Positions 30,225 to 40,259 of a stretch of 64,000 bases of DNA are shown piece by piece (positions within the stretch are counted from its first letter, which is position 1; the number at the start of each line of letters is the position of its first letter). The DNA lies in assembly GCA_039934415.1 (NCBI GenBank), contig JBDTME010000004.1:632-64631 (forward strand), read 5' to 3'. A program made the translations under genes and the position numbers. The notes under the pieces are model-generated. The model was not told the DNA's origin. It did no database searches and was given only the letters and a program-made list of their open reading frames with translations. The DNA is from Patescibacteria group bacterium (GTDB lineage: Bacteria > Patescibacteriota > Microgenomatia > UBA1400 > PJMF01).

Positions 30225-31175
30225 ATGTTTTTTTTTGCACTACTTTTAATTTGTCTGATTTTTTCATCCGCAATATGTAAATGGGTGAAAAAAGTAGTTG
30301 AAATGCGAAATCATGCTAAATATTTGCATCAATTAGGAGTGACCACTTCTTCAGAAAAAAATAAATTAAAATTGCTTCCCTTTTTTTCAAGCGATAAGAT
30401 TGTGTTTAAGTTTTCATCCAACTTACAAAATTATATTTTGTTATGGTTGAAAAATAATTACGATATTCCCAAAGATATAAATATAAGCAATTTGTTGTTT
30501 ATTCAAGCTGGATTAATTTTCATCTGTTGGAATACATCGGGATTACTAAATATTTCGTTAATACCTCTTTTGTTTCTCACAATCTTAACTGAGTTCATTT
30601 GCCTATCATTTATGTTGAGTCGTCGCCGTTTGCTTGATCAACTTGATAAAGTATTTCCGCAAATACTTGAGTCCTTGGCGAGCATGTATCAGATTTATCC
30701 GGACTTAAAACACAGTTTAAATTCAAGCAAAGAACTTGTCACAGATTCAATTAGTCAACGTTTTTTGACCGAACTGACTCAGTTAACGACATTAGGAGTT
30801 CCCACTGTCCAATCTTTACAATTGATTAGCAATCTCTGGAACTATACTCCGTTGACCTTTTTAATTTCATCGATAGAAGTCCATGAATCCACTGGAGGAG
30901 ATCTTGCCAAACTCTTTCGTCAAACGGCTACGTCACTTCGTCGCCATCAGCAAAATACCAAAGCTATGCAATCCGTCATGTTCCAAAATAAAGTGTCGGG
31001 GTTCGTAGTTTGTGCTTTAGTTCCTGTTGTACTGTTACTTTCGATGAGTCTTAGTAAGAACTATCGTACGGTTATTTTCAGTGAGCCTCTTGCCCGAAGT
31101 CTCATCATCGCTGCGAGCGTTTGGTGGCTGATTGGAGTCCTTGTAATGTGGCGAGCGTTACGAGTAAAAGTCTAA
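30225..31175 (+). CDS. tadB: TadB-like (T2SS-F domain) protein
   Basis: STGGDLA motif and TM pattern typical of TadB. Confidence 0.8.
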   Translation: MFFFALLLICLIFSSAICKWVKKVVEMRNHAKYLHQLGVTTSSEKNKLKLLPFFSSDKIVFKFSSNLQNYILLWLKNNYDIPKDINISNLLFIQAGLIFICWNTSGLLNISLIPLLFLTILTEFICLSFMLSRRRLLDQLDKVFPQILESLASMYQIYPDLKHSLNSSKELVTDSISQRFLTELTQLTTLGVPTVQSLQLISNLWNYTPLTFLISSIEVHESTGGDLAKLFRQTATSLRRHQQNTKAMQSVMFQNKVSGFVVCALVPVVLLLSMSLSKNYRTVIFSEPLARSLIIAASVWWLIGVLVMWRALRVKV

Positions 31176-31181
31176 TTACAC

Positions 31182-31853
31182 CTAATCATTCAACGCCATG
31201 CCTTGTCTCTTCAGCCACCCTCGGTGCTTCAAATACTCTCCATCATACTGACTGACGAGTTTCCAAAATCTAGCAGAGTGATCCATGTGTGTTCGGTGTG
31301 CGAGTTCGTGAATGATGACGTAAGTAATGACTTCAGGTGGAGCGTGGACGAGTCGCCAGTTAAAGTTCAGATTGCCTTTCGATGAGCAGCTTCCCCATCG
31401 TGTTTTTTGCGTTTTGAATGAAACGTGACCATAAGTCGTACTCATTCTTTCAGCTAGAGTTTCTGTTTGTTTTAGAATAAATGAACTCCCTAGATTTTTG
31501 AGAAATCGATCCAGGTTTTTTTGGATGGAAACCTTTGTATCGCTCACCGGATTAATAATGAGCGAATCACCATCTCTCGTAATTCCAATAGGTTTCTTGG
31601 GATCTAATTTGATTATTAAAGCGTACGCTTTCCCAAACAGAAGTACCTCATTCTCTGCAACGCCCAAATTCTTTTTGACAGTATTGAGTTTTGATAGTTG
31701 ATGAGAAATCCAATCCTGCTGTGCATTCACAAATTTACGAATGACAAATTGTGGAATGAACCGAGGACTTGTGACTATCACTTCTCCATTTTTGTTTATG
31801 GATAACTTTATCGACTTTGAACGAGAATGTACTTTATGCGTGTACTCAATCAT
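31182..31853 (-). CDS. YgjP/DUF45 zinc metalloprotease-like protein
   Basis: RWGSCS, HELAH and HSARFW motifs. Confidence 0.9.
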   Translation of the reverse strand: MIEYTHKVHSRSKSIKLSINKNGEVIVTSPRFIPQFVIRKFVNAQQDWISHQLSKLNTVKKNLGVAENEVLLFGKAYALIIKLDPKKPIGITRDGDSLIINPVSDTKVSIQKNLDRFLKNLGSSFILKQTETLAERMSTTYGHVSFKTQKTRWGSCSSKGNLNFNWRLVHAPPEVITYVIIHELAHRTHMDHSARFWKLVSQYDGEYLKHRGWLKRQGMALND

Positions 31854-31902
31854 GAGGGAGTTATAGCACGAGTACTCAGTGCAGTAAAACACTTTGCCGT
31901 GC

Positions 31903-32601
31903 TTACGGATTTTTTAACAGACTGAGCACTGTAATTGTATTTGCGTATTGAAGGACGGCTGCACACAAAACACCAACGAGAATCGAAGCAATGATCTTAA
32001 TCCAATGCAGTTTTCTAGAACTCGTCATTGTCAACTGCATGCCAAAAAAGACACTCAAAGCCGTTGCAAATACCAGCAAGCCTGCTTTTAAAATCAACGG
32101 ATTAATATCGGTAGTATTGATCAGATGATTTTCTAGATCTTTCTGAAATGTCTGAAACTCTATCAAGATAAAGTATAAAGAATCAAAAAAACCTTTCATG
32201 CCTAATCCTGTTAGGGCAATCACAACTAACCATTTCGCGACTACAGCCTTCTTTGATGCTATCCACGCAGGTTGAGCTGGGCTTGTAAGTTGAGTAGCTG
32301 AAGGAGGTATGGACTGGTTTTGTTCTGATACAAAATTCGTAACAGGTGAAAGAGGCTGATGCGGCTGACTACTAGGTACGGGTATTTGGGGCGAATTATT
32401 CAAAGCTAGCTCAGGAATATGTGGTGCAGGCGAAGAAAGTTGATTTGAAGGAAGTTCTGGGAGCTGATGAGGTGCTAACGAGCTATGATCAGTTGCGAAC
32501 CTCATATCAGAAGGTTGAGACGCAACAAAACTAGCAGGTGAACCTGGCGTGACAGAAGAGTCTAACGTAGACGTCTGGATAGGCTGTGAATCATTGGGCA
32601 C
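31903..32601 (-). CDS. Membrane protein with Pro/Ser/Gln-rich disordered N-terminus
   Basis: Low-complexity N-terminal half and three C-terminal TM segments. Confidence 0.65.
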   Translation of the reverse strand: MPNDSQPIQTSTLDSSVTPGSPASFVASQPSDMRFATDHSSLAPHQLPELPSNQLSSPAPHIPELALNNSPQIPVPSSQPHQPLSPVTNFVSEQNQSIPPSATQLTSPAQPAWIASKKAVVAKWLVVIALTGLGMKGFFDSLYFILIEFQTFQKDLENHLINTTDINPLILKAGLLVFATALSVFFGMQLTMTSSRKLHWIKIIASILVGVLCAAVLQYANTITVLSLLKNP

Positions 32602-32653
32602 TTGAACAGTATATGCAAAAAAAAGTTATAAGTCACGAGGATACTCAATGTTG

Positions 32654-32737
32654 TGCCGAGGACAGGAATCGAACCTGCACGTCCTTGCGGACACTGGATT
32701 CTAAGTCCAGGCTGTCTACCAGTTTCAGCACCTCGGC
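32654..32737 (-). tRNA. tRNA-Leu(TAG)
   Basis: Cloverleaf with long variable arm; anticodon loop CTTAGAA. Confidence 0.95.
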
Positions 32738-32808
32738 GGAGCTATTCAAACACAATCTATTTTACCACCGGTAATCCCAATCTGAGGGTGAATCTCAATC
32801 CTGAAGGC

Positions 32809-32908
32809 AAAAAAAATCCCCTCCTCTCACTTGTCTAGACAAGCAATCGTCTGGGGTTCTTCTTAGATCCGAACGTATTTCCCGGTGAGAGAAAACCTTC
32901 GGATATGT
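32809..32908 (-). ncRNA. Candidate small structured RNA
   Basis: TTGACG-N17-TAAGAT promoter (32942-32914), stem ATCCGAA/TTCGGAT, ends in a stem plus U8; no ORF. Confidence 0.4.
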
Positions 32909-32974
32909 TGTGTATCTTATAGCAAAACTATCCAGTCGTCAATCCAGAAACCCCAGGAGACTTAAAGGCCACTT

Positions 32975-33670
32975 TCATTGGTGAAAGTGATTGTGTTTTT
33001 TCTCGAAAAATGAGAAGTAAAACACTCGATAAATTACATAAAGAGTAACAGCCAATAATAGTACGAAGACGTGCATTCTGAAGTGTGCCAACGGGTGAAG
33101 TAGTCGCGAAACCACGTCATCAATGATCAATATCGGATGAGTGACCACATCCCAAGTATTCCAGCGCAAGATCCTACCCAAGTAGATCCCCAGGCTTGTG
33201 AGGTACATAATAAGCCCAATCATAAACCAAGCTCGTTTTTGCCCATACAAATTGCTCACAACCCCTTGTATATGCGATAAGGAGTACAAGCCAAGATATA
33301 ACCCGTTCAGAGCAAAACTACACAACAGGACCAGATCAAACCAGAAAGGGACTGGAGCTAGGTATTGCAAGTGCTTGAGGTCAGTCAATACATAGGGAGC
33401 ATTAGGCAAGAATAATAGCCAGATCAAGCCAGCGATCACCAATAATACTGGGTTTTTACGCAAAGGATGAAAGTTTCGCACGATCAGATGCGACAAAATA
33501 AAAGGAATCCAGGCTAGAAACAAGTTCCACAACAAGTAAAGTTCAGTGCTTCTTCCCGAATACACCACTCTCACTAAAAGCAATGTCGAAGAAATATACG
33601 TTCCCATGACTAAGCCGAATAGCTCATTTGAAGTTTGGGTGGTAGGTCTTTGGGCAGTAATTTTTTTCAC
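32975..33670 (-). CDS. DUF1361 family membrane protein
   Basis: WNLFLAWIP, FLPNAPYVLTD and GIYLGRILRWNTWD motifs. The GTG start overlaps the upstream TGA. Confidence 0.85.
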   Translation of the reverse strand: MKKITAQRPTTQTSNELFGLVMGTYISSTLLLVRVVYSGRSTELYLLWNLFLAWIPFILSHLIVRNFHPLRKNPVLLVIAGLIWLLFLPNAPYVLTDLKHLQYLAPVPFWFDLVLLCSFALNGLYLGLYSLSHIQGVVSNLYGQKRAWFMIGLIMYLTSLGIYLGRILRWNTWDVVTHPILIIDDVVSRLLHPLAHFRMHVFVLLLAVTLYVIYRVFYFSFFEKKHNHFHQ

Positions 33671-34323
33671 TGAGGAGTATATTCCACTAAATTTGCTTCT
33701 TGTGTGGCGTCTCGACCAATTTCTTTGTTGTCGTACTCCATTTCCCAGATCCAACGGTTAACTGAGTTTGCCCAGCTTCCATTACTGCTCGGAGTATATT
33801 TGCTCATGATTTTTTCAGGAGTGTCCAGACCTTTATCAACATAGTTCCTTTTCAAACTGCTAGCTGCCTTATCAAATGCCTGCTCATATGATTCAAACCG
33901 CAACGTACTCGTTGAGGTAACACCAAATCCAAGACAGTTAAAAGAGTTGCTAGGGATTCTTTTACACAAATTACTTTCCTGCATGGCAATAGCAGGCAGT
34001 AAACGATAATCGAGGTTATATTTGTCAGCGATCTCCACTAACTTATTTCCATACTCATCAAATGGTTTAAGCGGCGAATCATAGCGTTTCAAAAAACGAG
34101 TGATGATCTCTGGTCGTGCGTCAGCCAATTCCACGACAGTAGTAAGGCCTTTTACTTCACCTTGAGGTAAAGGCGAGTTGGCATCAAGTACAGCGTCTGA
34201 AATGGCCGGATGAACAATTTGTGCGGCCTGAGGGTGACGTAACTTCTGAATGCCCATGATGCAGCTGCCTGCGAAAGCCAGACTGCAGATGAACCACAGT
34301 GGCAAAAAGATGAATTTTTTCAT
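33667..34323 (-). CDS. Membrane-anchored lysozyme-like / glucosaminidase-type murein hydrolase
   Basis: LLPAIAMQES catalytic-Glu motif, NCLGFG, KYTP; N-terminal TM. Confidence 0.7.
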   Translation of the reverse strand: MKKFIFLPLWFICSLAFAGSCIMGIQKLRHPQAAQIVHPAISDAVLDANSPLPQGEVKGLTTVVELADARPEIITRFLKRYDSPLKPFDEYGNKLVEIADKYNLDYRLLPAIAMQESNLCKRIPSNSFNCLGFGVTSTSTLRFESYEQAFDKAASSLKRNYVDKGLDTPEKIMSKYTPSSNGSWANSVNRWIWEMEYDNKEIGRDATQEANLVEYTPQ

Positions 34324-34392
34324 AGAATCAAGCCATTAGTATACCACAAGACCTAGCTTTTTTGCTAAAAATGTCTTATAATATTGACAATC

Positions 34393-35379
34393 ATGTCTAG
34401 GTATTTACGCCTGCTACTATCTGGAATCCTTGTTATAGGACTCCTCTTTAGCCAGACCAGACCCGTTCAAGCTGGGGATGTTTTGGGTATTCATATTCTC
34501 CACCCTTCTGAGTTGGATGACGTTCTGTCCTTGCTGAAGACCGATAAAAACAAGGATCACTGGGAATATGTCACAATCCCCTATGGTCTTGAAGACATAA
34601 ATCGCTTCAATGAATGGCAGAGTTTCTTTGACAAATGTAAAGAAAACAAAGTCATTCCCATTGTCCGTTTGATCACCAAACCTGAAGGTGATACTTGGGC
34701 AATTCCCACGACCAAAGATATTATTGATCTATCCAAGAGTCTATCAGCCCTAAACTGGCCGACTGACGAACGGTTAATCATCGTTTTTAATGAGCCAAAT
34801 CATTCAAAAGAATGGGGCGGTAGTGTTGATCCTGTTCGTTATGCAGATGTTTTACAATTCACTTCTGACTGGTTTAGAACAGACGGCAAAGGTTTTAAAA
34901 TTCTGCCAGCTGGTCTTGACCTGGCTGCTCCTAATGGTAGTCAGACTATGGAAGCATTCACCTTTTGGAAAAAAGCCTTGGAATATAATCCTCAGATCTT
35001 TGATAGTCTTGATGACTGGAACTCTCATTCCTATCCGAATCCAGCTTTCTCTAGCTCTCCTACTTTGAGTGCACAAAATAGTATGCGCGGCTTCCAACAT
35101 GAACTCGAATTTTTGAAAAAATACTCGGGTAAAGAATGGGGTGTCTATATTACTGAGACTGGCTGGGCTGAAAACTCTAGTACCTCACGTTGGTTAACCC
35201 AATATTACACTTATGCTGAACAACACATCTGGAGTGATCCACATGTCAAAGCAGTCACACCTTTTCTGTTACACGGAGCCCCAGGGCCATTTAGTGCCTT
35301 TAGTTTCTTAGACCAAAACGGCAAAAAAACTCGCCAGTTCGAAGCCTATCGACGAGTGATTGAAACCACTGAACAATAA
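34393..35379 (+). CDS. Secreted clan GH-A glycoside hydrolase
   Basis: Signal peptide, FNEPN acid/base, HSYP, ITETG nucleophile. Confidence 0.8.
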   Translation: MSRYLRLLLSGILVIGLLFSQTRPVQAGDVLGIHILHPSELDDVLSLLKTDKNKDHWEYVTIPYGLEDINRFNEWQSFFDKCKENKVIPIVRLITKPEGDTWAIPTTKDIIDLSKSLSALNWPTDERLIIVFNEPNHSKEWGGSVDPVRYADVLQFTSDWFRTDGKGFKILPAGLDLAAPNGSQTMEAFTFWKKALEYNPQIFDSLDDWNSHSYPNPAFSSSPTLSAQNSMRGFQHELEFLKKYSGKEWGVYITETGWAENSSTSRWLTQYYTYAEQHIWSDPHVKAVTPFLLHGAPGPFSAFSFLDQNGKKTRQFEAYRRVIETTEQ

Positions 35380-35433
35380 ACTAACATTCCTTAAAATTAC
35401 TCCTGGATCAATCCACGACACTCATGAGTTTGA

Positions 35434-36630
35434 CTATAAAGACTTCGGGGGCGTGCGGATCATTTCGTAAAAAGTAAACCCGGTCGTTGCAACTGCTATT
35501 GCGCTAAATCCGAGGATAAGAAATGGTATTTGGGCTGGTTCTGTCCAACTGGCGAAAAAGAACATTATTACAACGTAGGGAACCTGAGAAATTAACGCTA
35601 ATACTGATAGTGCTGTTGCTCGGTGTCCTGAAGCAATGCGTTCATTGGCAGAGACAGTCATGATTTGGTAGGCGACTCTTTCCCATGTCATTAAAACTAT
35701 GAAGTAGGCAATTCCTGGAATTGTACCTTGAGTATTAGCACCAAACAGGAAGAGCAAAGCATATCCTCCCAAGGTTAACATCATCAGGTTTTGAGTACCT
35801 AATTTTTTCCGAATTTTGTCAAATTGAGACACAATGAATAATGCAGGAATCATTGTTATAGCGAGTACGTATCCGAATGTTTCACCATTGAATGAGTAGT
35901 ATGCCGCCATAGATTGACGGACGACTCCTTGATGCAATTTTGCTAATGAAACGATGACTAAGATTGGGATCAATATATCTCTAAATCGTAAGCTGAAGAT
36001 GGTGGTCATCCCGTCTCGCAGTTTTGATAACGAGTTTTGAACTGTGACGTGCTCGGTATCTATCACTGGTTCTGTGCTGAAGAATAAAATTGGTATACAA
36101 AATACACTTGTGAGAGTTGCTGCTAAAAATGGCAATCGCGCATCTATTGAAAATAAAAAACCACCCGCAAAAACCGATAAGAAAGACATACCAATAGCCA
36201 GTGATGTTGATTTAGAAACGACTTGGTCGTAGTCTTTTTCTTTTCCTTTCTCAACTAAACTATCGTAGGCGAATGCTTCTAGTGAGCCTGAATTGAAAGC
36301 AAAGCCAACAAAAGTAATACAATTTCCAATCAAAAACCCAGAAAAAGTTGTTGAGAACGCGATTGTTAGTGATCCCATTGCTAAGAGGGTGTTGCCCAGA
36401 ATGAGCGTCCTCTTCTTTCCAAATACATCGCTGATCAAACCCGTTGGGATTTCTAGGGAAATTCCCAACAAAATAGCAAAAGCATCAATAAACCCAATCT
36501 CAGGTTTTGTTACGTACTTGTTAAACAAAAACATCCAATTTGGCAGGGCAAACCAGGCATTAGTAAAGATACTCAGCAGATAAAAGATCCGAATGTTTCG
36601 TAGTTTTGAGTGAGGAAACAGGTTTGACAT
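35434..36630 (-). CDS. MFS transporter
   Basis: EIPTGLISDVFGKK motif A, about 12 TM segments. Start taken at ATG 36630 because the longer ORF overlaps a tRNA. Confidence 0.9.
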   Translation of the reverse strand: MSNLFPHSKLRNIRIFYLLSIFTNAWFALPNWMFLFNKYVTKPEIGFIDAFAILLGISLEIPTGLISDVFGKKRTLILGNTLLAMGSLTIAFSTTFSGFLIGNCITFVGFAFNSGSLEAFAYDSLVEKGKEKDYDQVVSKSTSLAIGMSFLSVFAGGFLFSIDARLPFLAATLTSVFCIPILFFSTEPVIDTEHVTVQNSLSKLRDGMTTIFSLRFRDILIPILVIVSLAKLHQGVVRQSMAAYYSFNGETFGYVLAITMIPALFIVSQFDKIRKKLGTQNLMMLTLGGYALLFLFGANTQGTIPGIAYFIVLMTWERVAYQIMTVSANERIASGHRATALSVLALISQVPYVVIMFFFASWTEPAQIPFLILGFSAIAVATTGFTFYEMIRTPPKSL

Positions 36631-36710
36631 GAATACAGCGATTTTAGCACCCCAGAGGTTTTCTGTGCAGAGAGCGGGTTTTTTATGATAAAATAAGTCG
36701 TTGTTTTTTA

Positions 36711-36784
36711 GCACCCGTAGCTCAATTGGATAGAGCGCTTGTCTTCGGAACAAGAGGTTGTGAGTTCAATTCTCGCCGGGTGCA
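36711..36784 (+). tRNA. tRNA-Arg(TCG)
   Basis: Anticodon arm CTTGT-CTTCGGA-ACAAG. Confidence 0.93.
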
Positions 36785-36788
36785 CATT

Positions 36789-36862
36789 GGGTCGGTAGCT
36801 CAGTTGGTTAGAGCAGTTGCCTCTTAAGCAACTTGTCGTGGGTTCGAATCCCACCCGACTCA
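36789..36862 (+). tRNA. tRNA-Lys(CTT)
   Basis: Anticodon arm GTTGC-CTCTTAA-GCAAC. Confidence 0.95.
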
Positions 36863-37371
36863 CAATTTCCAGAGGTGATTCCTCTGGAGAGAACAGAAAA
36901 TAGTTGTTTTTACGCCTATCGCGGAATAGCGCCAATCAAGACTCATCACCTCTCATCAACTGGCCAGGGAGTATGCGGGCTTATCACTGGCCCAAAAACT
37001 AGGTTTTCAACCATAGTAATTAAGGACGAAAAACTGTTTTCAGTCTCTACCATACCACCTACTCAGGAAAATAAAGAATTGACAGACCAGATATTAACCA
37101 CCTCCGAATTTAACTAAAATGAAAAAACTCAAGAACAGTTACGAGCTGAAGGCTCACTTGTTGATTGTTCTGTTCCACAGAAAAATGCTTGTGGAGAGAT
37201 ATTTGACTTCAACGATTTTTGTGAGCATCGCAACAAGACAATTATTGATTCAAACAAAGAAATTCAGGCTCAACCAGCTAAGGATTGGACAGAGAAAGTA
37301 TCACCTAGAGAATATGAGTTTTTGTATTCAGAGTCATGGTTTAACAAAATAGTGAGTATTAACATGATTTT

Positions 37372-38247
37372 ATGGATATAAATGATATTAGCGAAATACC
37401 AGAGCCAACAATAGAACAGCTTAGACTAGTGCAATACGGATATAGATTGCGTCATGTCTATTGGCCAGACTATACTTTTGACTCACAAAGAAGCTGCCTG
37501 AAAGTTCTCAAAACCAAAAAAAATAAAATTGAGAGCCTAGGTTTAGAAGAAGATAAATTAAGAAAAAGATTGAGTGCTATTTTTGATAAGTTAAACGCAA
37601 GTTTTTATCACTTAGAAAGGATAAAAGAAAATGAGCAGTTGCTAGTAGATTTCGTCAAAAAATTTGCAACTGAGTCTAAATCCAAAATACCAGATGGTGT
37701 TTTAGCAATGTTCGGCGGACGTTATGAGCCAATTAACCATGAATACGAATCATTCTTAATATCTCTCAAAAGTGCTTTGGATATTTTATCAATTTCTATT
37801 TCGCAAGCTTGTGGTTTTAATGTTGACAACATTACTCAGTTAGATAACCATCTCAAATCTCAATCTAAAAAGAAAACATCTGATTTTTCTCTAAAATTAA
37901 AAAAATTATTTGACAAGAAAAAAAATGTAAAGATAATTGAAGAATTCAAAAATGGGGAATCAATTTCAAAAAGAAACTATGCTGTACACCATGGCTCTTT
38001 GGGAGCTGGTTCTGTTTCAATACAGTTTACTAGTAACAGCCCAAATAAAAAAAAGCCAAAAGCTATTATTCTTGAAATCGATGAAAATGGAAAACTAATC
38101 AAAGTAAGGGAATTGCTAAAAGATTGCGAGGAAATTTTTTATGATTCATGCGATTTGTTTGTAGATATTTTAGAGATTTTATTAGAACAAAAGTTGCAAA
38201 AGGGTAAGAAAACAAGTGTTTATTTAGAAAGGGACTTAAAAAAGTAA
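37372..38247 (+). CDS. HEPN-like (Cthe_2314-type) putative RNase
   Basis: E.FL...KSALD helix and R-x4-H motif RNYAVH; AT-rich. Confidence 0.55.
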   Translation: MDINDISEIPEPTIEQLRLVQYGYRLRHVYWPDYTFDSQRSCLKVLKTKKNKIESLGLEEDKLRKRLSAIFDKLNASFYHLERIKENEQLLVDFVKKFATESKSKIPDGVLAMFGGRYEPINHEYESFLISLKSALDILSISISQACGFNVDNITQLDNHLKSQSKKKTSDFSLKLKKLFDKKKNVKIIEEFKNGESISKRNYAVHHGSLGAGSVSIQFTSNSPNKKKPKAIILEIDENGKLIKVRELLKDCEEIFYDSCDLFVDILEILLEQKLQKGKKTSVYLERDLKK

Positions 38248-38283
38248 TAAAAATCTTAGTAAAAAACTTAATTGGAGGTAAAA

Positions 38284-38544
38284 ATGCCAAACAAAAAATA
38301 CAACCTATCACCTGAAATGACGGCTGCTATTAAGGAAATAATACCAGAAGCTATAGGTGTTGATTTTGAGACAATGTTTGAGCAGTCTTAACAAGAGGCT
38401 GAAGGGTTAACGGAGCAAGACTTAATCAATGAGATTTTAGAGGCTGGTGAATACCAAGCCGAAGATGATTCTACTTTTGAAGATACTGTAATGATTGGAG
38501 CGATTGCTATTGGAGGGCCTCTGGGATTGATAAAACCGAACTAA
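38284..38544 (+). pseudogene. Acidic small-protein gene with an in-frame TAA
   Basis: GGAGGT RBS, ATG at 38284, TAA at 38389; the frame continues to TAA at 38544. Confidence 0.5.
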
Positions 38545-38564
38545 CATAATGGAAAAAAGTAAGA

Positions 38565-38595
38565 GGGGTGAGCTGGCTAGCTCGGAACTCACCCC
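38565..38595. terminator. GC-rich hairpin, probable bidirectional terminator
   Basis: GGGGTGAG...CTCACCCC between convergent genes. Confidence 0.5.
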
Positions 38596-38647
38596 AATTT
38601 TATAGCTAGCAGAGCTTACATTCTAGACGCAGAGCCTAGGGCAATTT

Positions 38648-38899
38648 CTACCAGCGCGAGTGACCCATCTTGCTCATCACATTGGTCATACTGTCCGAGT
38701 AATGGCAGGAACCTGGGACGTAGTTCCCGCTTGAGTCAACTTGGTAGCTGTAACGGTCTGAACCGTTTTCGCTACCATTCCAGAGAGTGACGTGCTTGCT
38801 ACCATCGGAGTCAACGCGCACACTGGCGCCTTCAACACCGATATCTGCCGCACTGCGGCTACTTCCGGGCAACGTTTCGTGCCGTCCAATTTGAGGCAT
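38648..38899 (-). CDS. Small GC-rich hypothetical protein
   Basis: AAGGAG RBS, 83 aa, visibly higher GC than the flanks. Confidence 0.6.
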   Translation of the reverse strand: MPQIGRHETLPGSSRSAADIGVEGASVRVDSDGSKHVTLWNGSENGSDRYSYQVDSSGNYVPGSCHYSDSMTNVMSKMGHSRW

Positions 38900-39015
38900 T
38901 TGCCTACTCCTTAAGAGTTAATCGGTTTGGCTTGCATTGAAAAGTTGCTATCCATTTAATCCGAGACGTATTATATGATAATATATCAATTTGAAGGTGG
39001 TATAATGTTGACATC

Positions 39016-39375
39016 ATGACAATGGACTCGTATAAGGCTCAACTACTATCTGAATTAGAGTTGGACAATTTAACAAATTTATCTTTTGAGGAATTAAAAA
39101 CTACTTTTTTGATGACAATAAGGGATTTTAAAAATGGAAAACTAAAATTAGAAGAACTTTCATGGTTTGCTTCAGAATTAGTTCAAATGCCCCTAACAAA
39201 CGACAATAAAGAAATTGAAGAACTAAAAGAAATTATTCATTTATGTTCTGAAATTGTTTACTATTTACGTCAAATACCAGAAGTAGATAAGGATGGAAAA
39301 AATACAATTTGGTTTTTACTTGAAACAATGAACTATTACGAAAAAAACAAAAAAACATTGTCAAATGAGGCTTAG
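39016..39375 (+). CDS. Hypothetical acidic helical protein
   Basis: TGGTATAAT extended -10 immediately upstream. Confidence 0.6.
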   Translation: MTMDSYKAQLLSELELDNLTNLSFEELKTTFLMTIRDFKNGKLKLEELSWFASELVQMPLTNDNKEIEELKEIIHLCSEIVYYLRQIPEVDKDGKNTIWFLLETMNYYEKNKKTLSNEA

Positions 39376-39717
39376 CTGTGAGTATAACTAGTAATTTAAG
39401 TGCACACTTTCCAGCCTAGCTCATCATTGATAGCCTTTAAGCTAGCAACAAAGTCTCAATGAGGCAGGGAGATTGCTTCATTCTATTTTAGTAACTGAAG
39501 TTGGTAAAATTTCTCAAACGAATTATCCAGAATATTTAGTTAGAATTTTTGAAGTAATCCAAACGCTGGAAGGACTTGAAGTTGCCAGTGCTATTGACAA
39601 TTAGATTCAGACTTATGCAGGAGTAAGTTGGAGCAATATTGCTCTCAATAGAGTTGAGTTAATCCAAGGTGAGACTATTCCAGAAGATCGACTCAATCAG
39701 ATAAGAGCTGCAGGAGT

Positions 39718-39900
39718 TTATCTTACTTCGATATTGAACACTTTGCTTGGTGTCTGAAAATCGACTTTTCCTAGCCATCGATTCTTGAATCTTGGAACCA
39801 CTTTATCCAGATCACTGAAATAGAACGTTAGTGCATACTTCTCTTTGTATACTACTTCTGGGTGATTTCGCCCCAAAAAGGTAAATCTGGGGTTTTTCAC
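39718..39900 (-). pseudogene. Internally deleted IS30-family transposase remnant
   Basis: TFYFSD and NR.LGKVDFQTPSKVF resemble the IS30 motifs YFAD and NRPRK.L...TP.EVF. Confidence 0.45.
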
Positions 39901-40259
39901 TCTTGTTTTGCTCGATTTATTTTTATTAAATCAGTGACGACGTGAGTGGGAATGATTTTTTCGACTATTGTCGTGATATCTTCTTCTGTCACATCGCTTT
40001 CTAATGCGTGCTCAATGCAGACAAGCAATATACAAGCAAAATAAATGGCATACTCGACGGGGGCCGTTCTTGCTGCTTCCAGGTCCGTAGCTGACATTTG
40101 AACATCACTAAGTGGTCGACTAGTAAAACTAAGATTCGTTTCCTGTTTTGCTAGGGTTGCGGCAATCATCATCACATTCTGGAAAGTGCGTAGATCTGCT
40201 TGCTGTATTTCCGATGGATTTTGGTGCATGATGCCCAACCATTTTTCAAAATCAAACAT
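39897..40259 (-). CDS. Hypothetical protein
   Basis: 120-aa ORF with AAGGA RBS. Confidence 0.55.
   Translation of the reverse strand: MFDFEKWLGIMHQNPSEIQQADLRTFQNVMMIAATLAKQETNLSFTSRPLSDVQMSATDLEAARTAPVEYAIYFACILLVCIEHALESDVTEEDITTIVEKIIPTHVVTDLIKINRAKQE

Noticed and set aside
37115-39604. Stop-codon reassignment to explain the in-frame stops
   Set aside because: TAA, TAG and TGA all terminate conserved genes in this window, so pseudogenisation is simpler.
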